Assembly (NCBI GenBank): GCA_951406725.2
Contig: OX597820.1
Coordinates: forward strand, 112,840,001-112,904,000
Direction: 5' to 3'
Length of the DNA stretch: 64,000 bases
DNA from: Octopus vulgaris
Taxonomy: Eukaryota
Positions within the stretch are counted from its first letter, which is position 1, and the number at the start of each line of letters is the position of its first letter. The notes beneath the pieces were generated by a model. The model made no database searches. It was not told the DNA's origin and was given only the letters and a program-made list of their open reading frames with translations. Below are positions 26,500-40,917 of the stretch, piece after piece. Both the position numbers and the translations under genes were made by a program.

Positions 26500-27830
26500 G
26501 CAGTTTTAATTTCCCTCTCTGTTGCACAGATATACACATTACATATTATCTATTCGTTTAAGAATACAAAGAATACATTCAGCTTTGTTAACATCCACTG
26601 GGCAGCTAATTTCCACAATTGTACCCAGTTTCTCTTTCCACGACTATACACAGGTACTTTTCTCTGTCCCAAATCATTATATCAGGTCTGTTGTGCTTAC
26701 ATTTTATTGAGGTCTTCACTGGGACATTCCGCCAGTACTCCTTAGTGGCTATGACTTCTACCCATACTGTGGGTTCTTATTTCTTTGTCCACAGGTTTAT
26801 CCTTCCGACAGATTTCATCACAGAGTGTGCTAGCTACAACATCATGTCTCATCGGTAGGTACCACCGTGATGACATTTTCAGACAGTGGGTGATACCTTC
26901 GGTGTTAACTTCACAAAGTCTGCATCGATTATCACATTTTACTGCTGTTCCTGCATCTTTATCCCTTTCGTGCATCAGGTATTTGGTTGATATTTCCTGT
27001 TCCTAGATTGCAAATGCATGCCCTTCAAAGTGGGAGGTAGTAATCCGGCTATTGCTCCATGATAGACTGCTTTTGATGATCGATGTTACTATCATCACGG
27101 AACTTTCTAGTAACATATACATGCATAGTCTTCTGCTCATATAGGCTCATCCTTGCATCTGATGATACGTTGCAGTAGAGTCGTGCGACTTGTTTGAACA
27201 TGAATCCTAGGTTATCGGACAATATCAATGTTGTTCAAGGAGCTGCCTTCCAAGTCTTATGATGTCGTCAGCCTCATGTCTGCAAACTTGGTCAAGGGAT
27301 GCACTTCGACGCTTTGTTGTTAAAAGATGTTGCTGAAGGGATATGACACGATATTCAAAGGCATTTTGGATCAATGTTAAGCCTCTGCTGCCTTTATTTT
27401 GTTTTAGGTAGTGGCGGTCAACGTCACTATTTATGTGGAAATTATATGTGTTTGCTAGTATTTTGCGGGCTTTCACATCAATGGCTCGGATCTCATCAAG
27501 TGTCCAATCAAGCAGCCTAAATGTTGGTATGAGTGCTGGCACTGCAGATACATTGTGGGCCACTGTTTTATTGAATGTAAAGAGTGCTGAGGTCCAAATT
27601 TTCTTTATTCTGTAAAATTCTTTTGTAGCACGTGTTTTGTTACAGGAGCCATTGTAAGATATGTCTTCATCCACCACCAGATACCTGTAACGTTCTTCGA
27701 TAGAGGAAAAACAGTCAAATCATTGATGGAGATGTTGCTAGTCTAGTTTATAGTTTTACCCTTTTTCACAACCATTTAACATTTATCCTGACCAAACCCC
27801 AACCCTACATCCTTTGAGAATGTTGTAACT
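26500..27830 (-). mobile_element. R4/Dong-like non-LTR retrotransposon (RLE endonuclease), 5'-truncated and decayed
   Basis: Fragments FGQDKC, DEDISY, LLDWTLDEIRAIDVKARKIL...DVDRHYLK..KG.RGL, CRLC...ITH...RHDVVA, NRPDIMIWDRE; adjoins the (TATG)n tract. Confidence 0.88.
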
Positions 27831-27843
27831 ATGTCTGTCTGTC

Positions 27844-27875
<32 letters not shown>

Positions 27876-28356
27876 TGTATGTACGTACGTACGTACGTAT
27901 GTATGTATGTATGTATGTATGTATGTATGTATGTATGTATGTATGTATGTATGCATGTATGTATGTACGTATGTATGTATGTATGCATGTATGTATGTAT
28001 GTATGTATGTATGTATGTATGTATGTACGTATGTATGCATGTATGTATGTACGCACGTACGTATGTATATATATACGCACGTACGTATGTATGTATGTAT
28101 GTATGTATGTATGTATGTATGTATGTATGTATGTATGTATGTATGTATGTATGTATGTATGTATGTACGTACGTATGTTTGTATGTATGTATGTATGTAG
28201 GTACGTACGTACGTATGTATGTATGTATGTACGTACGTATGTATGTACGTACGTACGTATGTATGCATGTATGTATGTATGTATGCATGCATGCATGCAT
28301 GCATGTATGTATGTATGTATGTATGTATGTATGTATGTATGTATGTATGTATGTAC
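27831..28356. repeat. (TATG)n tetranucleotide microsatellite with TACG/CATG variants
   Basis: Directly visible. Confidence 0.97.
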
Positions 28357-28618
28357 AGATACTTGCTTGTATGCTACAGCATATTTATGGATATATATTA
28401 GTATATCTATATTTGCAGGATGGGAGGAGGGTTCTCCATCGGTTTACGCGATGAGCATTTACTAGTAATTTGATCACCTGGATTCCTTAGTCGTGCTGTT
28501 AATATCTAAAGTGGTGATACGTGGACTCATTTTATGTAACTTTCAGAGAGAGGAGAACTGAACCCGGAATCATGTAGTTGAGAAGCAGACTTCGTTATAA
28601 CACGGCCACCCCCGTGCT

Positions 28619-28780
<162 letters not shown>

Positions 28781-28834
28781 TTTAATATTTCTAAATCTCT
28801 CTATTGGAGACTACGGCAACAGTACTGGATATTA

Positions 28835-29148
28835 ATAGTTATCGCCAAGCTAACATGGCAGTCCAGGAAAAATAGGACGAATGCTGCCGTTGATTAGTTC
28901 CAAGAGGCCATCGCCTCTAGCTAGCCATGTGACACGCGAACCTGTGTCCATTATAACCTTCGAACAGGGGAGGTCAGCAGCTTCCCCTTGCTGGTTCGGA
29001 AGCTGCTGACCTCCCCTGTTCGAAGGTTGCAATGGACACAGGTTTGTGTGTCACGTAGCTAGCTCCAGGCGTTGGCCTCTTGGAGCTAATCAACGGCAGC
29101 ATTCGTCCTATTTTTCCTGGACTGCCATGTTAGCTTGGCGATAACTAT
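28835..29148. mobile_element. Foldback MITE / long hairpin, 151-bp arms, 12-nt loop
   Basis: 28835-28985 pairs with 28998-29148 with ~10 substitutions and no indels seen; TA on both sides (possible Tc1/mariner TSD). Confidence 0.85.
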
Positions 29149-29560
29149 GTGGCTGTGTGGTAAGTAGCTTGCTTACCAACCACATGGTTCCGGGTTCATT
29201 CCCACTGCTTGACACCTTGTCTTCTACGATAGCCTTGGGCCGACCAAAGCCTTGTGAGTGGATTTGGTAGACGGAAACTGAAAGAAGCCTGTCGTATATA
29301 TGTATATATATATATAAATATGTATGTGTGTGTATATGTTTGTGTGTCTGTGTTTGTCCCCCCCCCCCCCAACATCGCTTGACAACCGATGGTGGCGTGT
29401 ATACGTCCCCGTAACATAGCAGTTCGGCAAAAGAGACCGATAGAATAAGTACTAGGCTTCTTAAGAATAAGTCCTGGGGTTGATTTGCTCGACCAAAGGT
29501 GGTGCTCCAGCATAGCCGCAGTCAAATGGCTGAAACAAGTAAAAGAGAAAAAAAATAAAA
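29149..29560 (+). mobile_element. SINE-B copy (first ~10 nt missing, small internal deletion)
   Basis: Both modules are near consensus. Confidence 0.92.
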
Positions 29561-29563
29561 GAT

Positions 29564-29975
29564 AGGCGCAGGAGTGGCTGTGTGGTAAGTAGCTTGTATA
29601 CCAGCCACATGGTTCCGGGTTCAGTCCCACTGCGTGGCACCTTGGGCAAGTGTCTTCTACTATAGCCTCGGGCCGACCAAAGCCTTGTGGGTGGATTTGG
29701 TAGGCGGAAACTGAAAGAAGCCCGTCGTATATATGTATATATATGCGTGTGTGTGTTTGTGTGTCTGTGTTTGTTCCCCTAGCATTGCCTGACAACCGAT
29801 GCTGGTGTGTTTATGTCCCTGTTACTTAGCGGTTCGGCAAAAGAGACCGATAGAATAAGTACTGGGCTTACAAAAGAATAAGTCCCGGGGTCGAGTTGCT
29901 CGATTAAAGGCGGTGCTCCAGCATAGCTGCAGTCAAATGACTGAAACAAGTAAAAGAGTAAAAAGAGTAAAGAGT
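29564..29975 (+). mobile_element. SINE-B full copy, head-to-tail with the previous copy
   Basis: AGGCGCAGGAGTGGCTG...ACCTTGGGCAAGT...(GTAAAAGA)n tail. Confidence 0.93.
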
Positions 29976-30283
29976 AATATATATTTGCCAACTAAAAGTG
30001 ACGGCCCCATAGAGGATAATGTTACTGTTGTTTTAGCTCCATGAAGACTTCTCCTCCAGCTGGCTAACGACACACTGTCTGTGCCCGATTAGTATTTGCG
30101 ACGGGAGGTCATCGCTCTCATGTCTAGCCTTACGTGTTATCACAGACCCGGGTTTCTGGTAGTTACCCGTCTTCAGGGTGTGATAACCACCAGCCACACA
30201 CACAAACACATATATATGGTAAGAGAGAGAGAGAGAAAGAAGAAGAAGAAGAAGAAGAAGAAGAAGAAGAAGAAGAAGAAGAA

Positions 30284-30432
30284 GAAGAAGAATCGTTCTA
30301 TTACTTAACTGGAACTTTATTTATCGTCCCCAAAGGCAAAGTTAACTCCATCGGGTCCAGGGAAACGGAGTTAACTTTGCCTTTGGGGACGATAAATAAA
30401 GTTCCAGTTAAGTAATAGAACGATTCTTCTTC
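30284..30432. repeat. Perfect 66-bp inverted repeat, 17-nt spacer
   Basis: 30284-30349 is the exact reverse complement of 30367-30432; arms include a degenerate SINE-A core piece and the end of the (GAA)n tract. Confidence 0.95.
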
Positions 30433-30576
30433 GCATATATATACATATATACGACGGGCTTCTTTCAGTTTCCGCCTACCAAATCCACCCTCAAGGCTTT
30501 GGTCGGCCCGAGGCTATAGTAGAAGACACTTGCCCAAGGTGCCACGCAGTGGGACTGAACCCGGAACCATGTGGCT
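30432..30576 (-). repeat. Inverted local copy of SINE-B segment 29603-29747
   Basis: 145 bp with one mismatch seen; shares the private variants of that particular copy. Confidence 0.88.
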
Positions 30577-30999
30577 TTGTATACTATACTAGAATTGTAT
30601 ACTAACTACCACGGCAATCTTAACATTCTAACAATCCGACAAGGGAACATTTGAAAGGTTACTAGTCGGCTTGAAATAGCAGCCAAATTGCCTTCATAAT
30701 CACGGGCATCCGTCTTTTCAAAAGAAATACAAGGTGTTAGTTATGGCTGGAACGCTTTTGATCATAGGTCTGTTCAATGACGGTTCACCTGGAACCCAAC
30801 AACCGACGCACTGATTTCGTGTATATGTGTATGAGTGTGCGTACGATAATATGTATGTGGTGTATGATTATATAGACAGTAGTTACGTAAATATATGTAT
30901 AAGTATGACAGCGTGTGTGGGGAGGTAGATACAAGTGTGTGTGTGTTATAGTGAAAGTAGCACGTGTTTATTTCTTTTTCCTTTTATCCTTAAGAAGTT

Positions 31000-31600
31000 T
31001 AAATGTTTCTTAACACTTCTCTCTCTTCCTCTCTCTCCCTCTTCTCTCCCGCCCCTCTCTCCAGCCGTCTCTCACAAATATACACACCTTTCACTTTCTC
31101 TCTGTATCACGTGATGAGATGCCTATTTCTGTCTTTCTTCTCCGGCTTCCTCCAAGTAGAGACGGTAAATCTGTTGCTCTGCCGTTCTCAAAGAATAGCG
31201 TTCGTAAAAATTTTTTATCTCGTTTCGCTTCTTGTTTGTGTTACTGTTATTCTCCGTGTCCTGTCTTTTACTGTTTATATTTTGTACTGTCGTTACTGTC
31301 CTGTTTTTGTTACCATTTTTACCCCTCCGCAAAAAAATCTCAAATTTTATTTAATTTGATTTTTGCGGGAAGGAAAATTTCATTGAAGTCATGTATCGCC
31401 TTGACCTTCGGAACGTGGAGTAGATGAAACAAAGGCGACTGAAGAAGGGGAATTTTCCTTGTTTTGTATGTCCTGTACTCTATTTTTTCGCTGTTTAAAA
31501 AAAATGTCCATTTCCTTGGTTTTGTGTTTATGTTTTCGTTTCTCATTGTGTTCGACGTTTTTTTGGTGTCCTGTATCCATATATGCATGTATATATACAT
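31000..31600 (+). mobile_element. Probable PLE-type terminal remnant
   Basis: Pyrimidine-rich UTR-like sequence ending at (TA)n; degenerate TCGCC...GAAA...GGCGA and CTGAAGA motifs. Confidence 0.35.
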
Positions 31601-31652
31601 GTAGAGGTAGGTAGTACATATATGTATGTATATATGCATATGTTTTATTTAT

Positions 31653-32483
<831 letters not shown>

Positions 32484-32589
32484 AGCGGAAATATGTCACA
32501 AGCATATTCTAATTAACTTAAAGTTTGCTTATATACATGTGTGTCTTTGTGTGTGTGTGTGTGTGTGTGTGCGTGTGAGTGTGTGTGTT

Positions 32590-32876
32590 GAGGCGCAATG
32601 GTCCAGTGGTCAGAACAGCGGACTCGCGGTTGTAGGATCGCGGTTTCGATTCCCAGACCGGGCGTTGTGAGTGTTTATTAAGCGAAAACACCTAAAAGCT
32701 CCATGAGGCTCCGGCAGGGGATGTTGGCGATCCCTGCTGTACTCTTTCGCCATAACTTTTTCTCACTCTTTCTTCTGTTGGCCTGCTCGCTTAGCCAGCG
32801 GGGTGGCGTCATTTGAAGGCTGAAACAATGCGAAGCGCATTGTGACTAGCGATGAATAGCAACATCTGATAGCCTG

Positions 32877-32880
<4 letters not shown>
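32590..32880 (+). mobile_element. SINE-C full copy (tRNA-derived)
   Basis: A box TGGTCCAGTGG, B box GGTTTCGATTCCC; matches 11456-11764. Confidence 0.92.
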
Positions 32881-32909
<29 letters not shown>

Positions 32910-32911
<2 letters not shown>

Positions 32912-33125
32912 TTTACTTGTTTCAGTCATTATTAGACTGTGGCCATCCGCCCTGCAGTATGGCATTGAACAATTTTAGACGAACGAATCGACTTCAGAAC
33001 GTTTTCGTGTTAATCCTGGTACTTATTCTGCTGGTCTCTTTTGCCGAATCGTTACGTTACGGGGACGTAAACACACCAACACCGGTTATCACGCGATGGT
33101 TGGGAGTGGACAAACAGATACAACG
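32910..33125 (-). mobile_element. SINE-B 3' module, diverged
   Basis: CTTTTACTTGTTTCAGTCATT...GGGGACGTAAACACACCAAC. Confidence 0.8.
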
Positions 33126-33383
33126 ACACACACATGCATACACATGTATGTATTGGTCTATAGATGGTAATATTTGTAGTCATACTGATAAATCTATATA
33201 CACACCGTAAGTACATATATATATATAGACAGATAGACGAACAGATACACACACAGATATAGACACACGAGCACACTGAATGAGAGATAGACAAGAAGAG
33301 AGATACACAGACAGATAGACTGACAGACAGACAGATAGATCGATAGATAGATAGATAGATAGATCGATAGATAGATAGATAGA

Positions 33384-34200
33384 TATGTTTCTTTATTAGC
33401 CACACAGGGCTGCACACAGACGGGACAAATTACAAAGTAGAGCTTTTCTTTTGGGGATAAAAAAGTGGGGCTGGTTTTCGATCAAAAGGGATCGTAAAAG
33501 GAAAGAAAGAGGAAAGCAAAAGCAAAAAAAAAGTGGGGGGGGGGGATAAAAATAAAAGGAAAAAGAAAAAATCGATCATTAGGGATCGTTATCACAGAAA
33601 TGTCAATATAAAGTGTAAAGGGGAAGACAGGTGAGGTTTATCTGTGGAAAGAAAAGCCTACGGAAAAGACCACGGTAACCTCGGTCAATGAAGTCACATG
33701 CTACATTTTTTTTTTACAAATAAGTAACTCTCTGTATTAAATTTTTACCGTTCATAGGATCATACTCAAGGTGGCTTCGTCATTCATACGTGCCATCCTT
33801 GCTACATTCACCCATCTTTTTTTAAAACATTCACTAGACAAAACTTGCCTCTCTACTCTCACTTTCCTTTTCAAATGCTACTTGAAGAAGTTGATGAGAG
33901 ATTGACTAGAGAGGAAAGTGTTTGTTACTAATCCTTTCAGGCACGTCCACCAGATACATTCTTTCGCCATAGCCACAAGTATGATAAAAATAGCTCTTCC
34001 TTCCCGTTTGAAGGAAGGAGGCGTGACGATATTAACGATAGACTCGGCTGATAAACCGACACGTCCCACACGTGACAGCAGTCGTTCGACATAAGCCCAC
34101 CGGTCGGAGATTGTTGGACACTGCACGATTGCGTGCAGAACGGTTTCGTCGCTCTGACCGCATCTCGGGCAGGTCGGCCCCGTGTTTCTCGAGCCATACC
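33384..34200 (-). mobile_element. L1/Tx1-clade LINE 3' fragment (C-terminus plus 3' UTR)
   Basis: Translation HAIVQCPTISDRWAYVERLLSRVG...AMAKECIWWT; homologous to 23380-23790; ends GCCCTGTGTGGCTAATAAAGAAACATA; flanked by (GATA/GACA)n on both sides. Confidence 0.87.
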
Positions 34201-34203
34201 TAT

Positions 34204-34346
<143 letters not shown>

Positions 34347-34349
34347 TCT

Positions 34350-34560
34350 GTTTGTGTCTTTGTATCAGTGTACCCTCACCACAACTTTACAAGGGGTGTT
34401 GGTTTGTTCACATCCCTGTAATCTAGTGGTTGGACCAAAGGGATAGATAGAATAAATACCAGGCTTTAAGAAAGTAATGGAGTCGATTCGTTTGACTAAA
34501 AATTCCTCAAGGCTGTGCCCCCGAATGGCCGCAATCAAATGACTAAAACAGGTAAAAGAT
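34350..34560 (+). mobile_element. SINE-B 3' module, diverged
   Basis: GATAGAATAAATACCAGGCTT...ATGGCCGCAATCAAATGACT. Confidence 0.72.
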
Positions 34561-35416
34561 AACAGGTAAATAATAACCGATATAAAGTTTGTTGGTTGGT
34601 TGGTTGGTTGATTTCACCAGACACATTTCACATCATATAGAGTGAGGGAGAGAGAATAAAAGAGAGTTACAGACAGAGTTAACATAAGAGGTGCAGGATG
34701 AGTAGAGAGAAAAATTCAAAGAGACAGAGGAAAAGAAGGAGTAGATTACATTGTAGTTACGAGCGGAGTTGTACAAATGAGAAATTTGTAATATTTGAAA
34801 AAGTAATGAATATTTTTCTTTTTTAAATTAAAATTCATTTTTATTTAATCGTTTTGCATAAGCACCAAGAAATTTGATAAAATTTAAATCTTAATTATTG
34901 TACGTATGCCATATTTTCTGACACTACCCATGGGGTCAAAAGTGTACTTCCAAAGCTGCCCGTCATACGACAAGCAATAATCGTAATTTAGCCTCAAAAA
35001 TAGAGGAATAGAATGCTGAATCTAGCAATTAGCGACAGATTGAAATTAAGCAAATCTGTCTATTTACCGTTTCCCTTCAATTTAATTATTATGATTTATC
35101 GAATTGAAAATATATCGGATTGCGAGTGCTGGATCAACTTTAAATATACAGACATTTATAGATGCTGAATTCTATTCAACAGTAATAGAACAAATACGGG
35201 TTCAATGAATCGGAATTGACAGTTTTGAAAACATTTAATTTAAAGTGTATTGGATCTTAGGAAGTACTTTAAATATCAGACTAACCAGTGTTTCACGAAA
35301 GTTAAAAACTGAATAAGTCCTGTAGTTGCTGTAAAGCATGGAGACAGGTTATGTAGCAGATGCAACTCACGCTACAAAGTCTAGCCGACATTGAGTACTG
35401 CCTTGAAACGCTCTAA

Positions 35417-35811
35417 TCTTTATATATAAAAGTGAAGTTGTGTGCTGTCTGTCTCATACGATTTAGATTCCTAACTACTCCCACATTTTGCGGTGCAGTT
35501 TAACCAAAACCGGGTATCTTATAGTCGTGATTCATATCGAGCCCTTCTGGGTATTAGCGCGCGTCTACGATGAGTCTACGATTTAAAAAAAAAATTACCA
35601 TAATTTTTTTCCGTTTTAATGCATTTTTGGCATATATAAGGGAAGTAACTCTCTAAAAATGTCTACGATGAGTCAACGATTTAAAAAAAATTTACCATAA
35701 TTTTTTTCCATTTTTAATGCATTTTTTGCTATTTTTTGGCTATAACTCTCTAAAAATGCTTATATAATTATTTCCCTTACAAACCCGAGCAACGCCGGGC
35801 GATACTGCTAG
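35417..35811 (+). mobile_element. Non-autonomous Helitron, complete
   Basis: 5' TC, 3' hairpin CCCGAGCAACGCCGGG plus CTAG, inserted between A and T, no TSD; internal ~100-bp tandem duplication; second copy at 44854-45250. Confidence 0.92.
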
Positions 35812-36157
35812 TAGGTTATATACAGAGATTTCCCCTCAAATTCGTCATCATCAGCCTCGACCTTTTCAATGTCAACTTCCACCTTCAAATTTATCCTCAT
35901 CAATCTGAAATCATCCTCAACATTCGGTCTTGATTACGCTGTCGTCTATTTCGATCTCGTCATCGTCAACTTTAATTTCGTCATCGTCAACTTAAAAGTC
36001 GTCGCTGTAGCATGAAGCGATTTTGTTTATGGACAGACATTAATATCAGTGATTGCTTGTCTCAGAATTGTAAAAGGATGTTAACATTACAATGTTTTGT
36101 AAAAGCTTACATGTTTTGAACATAAAAATTATAACACCTAGCCTTACCATAAATATA

Positions 36158-36983
<826 letters not shown>

Positions 36984-37147
36984 CACGTATATTTAGTACA
37001 TTAGATGAACGCAAAACTACATACGGTACTATATACATACACAACACGTCAAAAACAAATTTGATGACATTAATGTAGCTTTTTATTCATGAATCCCATT
37101 TCTCTCAACCTGCTTCTAAAATATCCAGCACAATCAGTAGACGTATT

Positions 37148-37356
37148 TGTGACCTCGTGAGCACCGCCAGCAATTTTTCTTCCTCTGTCTTTCCTTCTCG
37201 GGATCTTTCCTTCTCCTTTGTTTCCGATGAAGAGCTCCGCTCGAAACGTTAAACTCTCCTTCCCTTCTTTCCTGAGCGTCCAATAATACTTTATTTGTTC
37301 CACGTCCTCGCGTTGCTGTGTTGTTTTTTTTTTGTGTTTTCTTGTTTGGATTAACT
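37148..37356 (+). mobile_element. PLE-derived short repeat family 1
   Basis: Matches reverse complement of 62240-62443 and 1425-1540. Confidence 0.78.
37220..37254 (+). ncRNA. Minimal type I hammerhead-like motif, variant core CCGAUGA
   Basis: GTTT-CCGATGA-A-GAGC-TCC-GCTC-GAAA-CG-TT-AAAC. Confidence 0.62.
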
Positions 37357-37670
37357 GTGTATGTATATATATTGACAAACACCGGGTTAGCTATGGTTAT
37401 CGACGATGATCGTGGTGGAGCTATTAGAAGAATGTTAAGAGAATTAAGAAATGGGAATGGGAATAATTAAAAATGATTATCATTCTTCTATTTTTATAAT
37501 TATCTTAAAATCCTTCAGCAGACTAGTAAAACGTCATTAGTTAAAAAAACGATTTTTGATGACACGTGTATTTATGGACATTTGTACCTCATCATTTTCT
37601 GTTGACATGCTCTTTCATACTTATCATAAAATACGTGTATATGTAAGGATTTCAAAACATACAGACATAC

Positions 37671-37701
<31 letters not shown>

Positions 37702-37716
37702 GTACGCACGCGCACG

Positions 37717-37775
<59 letters not shown>

Positions 37776-38110
37776 TATCTTTTTCTTGTTTCAGTCATTA
37801 GACTGCAGCCATGCTGAGACACCCGCCTTGAAAAAATTTTAGTCGAATGAATCGACTCCTTGTTAAAGTACTGTACTTATTCTATCGATTACTTTTGCCG
37901 AATCGCTAAGTTACGGTGACGTAAACACACCAACGGGTGGGAGTAGGGGACAAACCCAGATACAAAGACATACACGCACACACACATCTACATACAAACA
38001 CACAGGCTTCTTTCACTTTTCGTTTACCAAATCCACTCAAAAGGTTTTGGTCGGCCCGACGCTATAGGAGACGACATTCACCCAAGGTGCCACGCAATGG
38101 GATTGAACCC
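37776..38110 (-). mobile_element. SINE-B, diverged copy
   Basis: Both modules recognisable. Confidence 0.8.
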
Positions 38111-38408
38111 GTCCGAGGTTAACAGGATGTATAGAATAGCAATCACGTAAACGTAACCATTTCCTTAGTAGTCGTAATTATTGCAAGAGAGAGATTATCA
38201 GATAACCATTTCTTCATAATACTTGAGTGGATTAGAAATTTGAATTTAAAATTAATGGATTATAAAGAAAAAGGCTTCATAGAATTCATATATTTAATTT
38301 TTGTTTTGTTTATTTATTATGGGGTTCTCGAACTTTCCTGTTGGTGATCATTATGTGTAGTGTTCTTTCATTCTTATTACACAAACTTTGATTTACTAAT
38401 CAAATATT

Positions 38409-38641
38409 TATTTCTTTACTACCCACAAGGGGCTAAACATAGAGAGGACAAACAAGGACAGACAAATAGGTATTAAATCGATTACATCGATCCCAGTGCG
38501 TAACTGGAACTTAATATATCGACCCCGAAAGGATGACAGGCAAAGTCGACCTCGGCGGAATTTGAACTCAGAACGTAACGGCAGACGAAATACGCCTCGC
38601 ATTTCGCCCGGTGTGCTAACGTTTCTACCAGCTCGCCGCCT
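38409..38641 (-). mobile_element. SINE-A full copy, Tx1-like tail, 17-bp TSD
   Basis: TSD TTTACTAATCAAATATT at 38392-38408 and 38642-38658. Confidence 0.94.
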
Positions 38642-38893
38642 TTTACTAATCAAATATTATGAAGTGAGACATTCGATCAATGTTAGAAATAATTACAGTC
38701 TGGAGAAAATTCTTGGAATATGTTAACAGTTTAGGAAGCGAGAGAATAGAGAGGGAGTTCTTAATGTTTGCACACAAAATAATAATTGTTTCCAGGTTAT
38801 TCTAAATTGTGAAAATGTCTTATAGCTTCCAACAAGATGAGGACAAAGATCCGTCAATTGTATATAATATAAATAATATAAATACATTCTTAT

Positions 38894-38928
<35 letters not shown>

Positions 38929-40770
38929 CATATGTATGTATATGTATATATATGTATAATGGGACTAGAAGGTTCCTGATACCTGTGGAGTATCTCCTTC
39001 TCCTATTAAAATTATTTTTTGTAGTCTTAGGATTCTGGAACTCGAAGAAGAAGAAGAAGAAGAGGCTTACAAGCCGATGCAATTCAATGGTTGTTTACCT
39101 GGTTCTCATTTCATGGGGTTTGCTCCCGGCGACCATCTGTATGTCAGCGCGTTGTTCGTTAGCTCCGTTCGTGAGAGATACATTACCTTTGGAGATAACG
39201 GATAAAGTTGGAGCGGGTTAAGAATCCGCCATGAGCTGCTAGGTTGCAGTCGTCAAACGTGAGCTCCAACGCGACCGAAGAGAACGGGTTGCTCAATACA
39301 CCCATACGCGCGTATATACGTATGAGTGAGGGTATGCTTGTATGTATGCATGTGGGTATATGTAAACATTTATACACATGCAAAATTTAGATGACTGCAC
39401 ATGTAGGAACGATGATACACGAGGATTGTATTTGTAACTTATCTCTATAACTTATCTGATATACATGTATATACATCTTCTCGTAAATATTTTCTCAGAA
39501 TAATTAACACTGCTATTTCCTTAATTCTTAATTCTTCATATATTTGCCTCCCAATTAATAGCTACTACTACACTTAGTACTTCTTCTACCTCTTAACCCA
39601 CCTCATTCTCCTATCATTTATACTATAATACCTTTCTCTCTTTATCACCACTCCTACTTTCAAACTACCTCCACTGACCACTGACCAAGCTATATCTTAA
39701 TTTTACTTTTCTCTTTTCCTTATTCTCTTTATTCATACCTTCAGGGGTTTTATTCTTTAGATTTGTTTTTACTAATCTTTCTTCTTTCTCTTTAATTCTT
39801 TCTTTCTCTCCTCCTCTTATCTCTCTTTTTTTTCTTTTTCTTTCTTTGTCATTCCTCTCTGTCTGTTTTCAATTTGACCAAACTAATAGACTCCCTATCT
39901 CTAGGTTAGTTTAAACACAAACCTCGAATCTGCTACACCCTATATAAATTCCCTACTGGGAATGACCAACTTTAAGAGAATCTTACATTGCTTATAAACT
40001 TTACATCTGGATGGACTCATATTAAACTCTGTTGGACTTCTGGATTTTACTCAAAGGATATTGGAATATTACACATATATACCATTATGCCTATAAGACG
40101 GATTTATGAACTTGTAAGAGTTAGCACTTCCTTCTCTAAGCCTAGATTCGAAATCGAATCCAAGAATCATCGGTCAAAAACCAATGCATGTATAGGCGTG
40201 AAATTTAAAGATCTCTTTGTTCTGTCAAAAATTGATTGATCATCTCCCTTTGACCTGTGACCTCAGTCATGTCAGGCGAAGTTCAACTGGACAAGCGCTG
40301 ACATGCTTAAGTAGTAACTCTGTTGCAGTATGTCTATCTTTCTAGCTGTCTCAAATATTATAAATACAAGGGAAAAACAGAGAAAGAAACACAATCGCAG
40401 CTGACACACCAGCAGACAGATCTATCTCGCCCCATGTTTTGGAGACGACAGAGAGAAATGTTCACAGTATCTATCGACCACTGTTTCGAATGAAACACGC
40501 ACACACCCACACACACAAACATATTCATCTTTAATATGTGCTCTATACAAGCAATTCGTAGCATTTGCTTACATTTGTATGTAGTGTATTTATAATCCAT
40601 GTAAATAAATCCCTTTTTAATCATGAAACAATTTATGTATTTATTTATACACACACACATCCACTACAAACTCAGTATCCATACATATCTTACATCTATT
40701 TTCTTTCCTCCACCTCACTCTATTTGTATCACATCGAAACTAACTATGACTTATTTTTTCCTCTCACACC

Positions 40771-40825
40771 GTCTCCGATGAAGGGATATTATTATTAATT
40801 AATATTCTAGAAATAGCTGTAAGAC
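40771..40825 (+). ncRNA. Type I hammerhead-like motif, variant core CCGAUGA
   Basis: GTCT-CCGATGA-A-GGGATATT...AATATTCTA-GAAA-TAGCTG-TA-AGAC; stem I GTCT/AGAC. Confidence 0.58.
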
Positions 40826-40917
40826 CTTCTATCTATAAATGTTCTAATATCTATACAGCCTTGGTTTTTTTTTTATCTCATTATGCAAAAAGTTCATACA
40901 TATATAGTTGGAATTTA

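Noticed and set aside
27776-28465. 150-207-aa HTYI/MYVC ORFs
   Set aside because: (TATG)n microsatellite translations.
29196-29795. 199-aa ORF and similar ORFs recurring at 43534-43841 and 47666-47896
   Set aside because: Antisense translations of SINE-B copies; recurrence reflects the repeat, not a gene family.
32590-32662. Possible tRNA gene (also heads at 11764, 13251, 43501 and 47673)
   Set aside because: A and B boxes are present but I see no intact cloverleaf, and each continues into a multi-copy SINE body.
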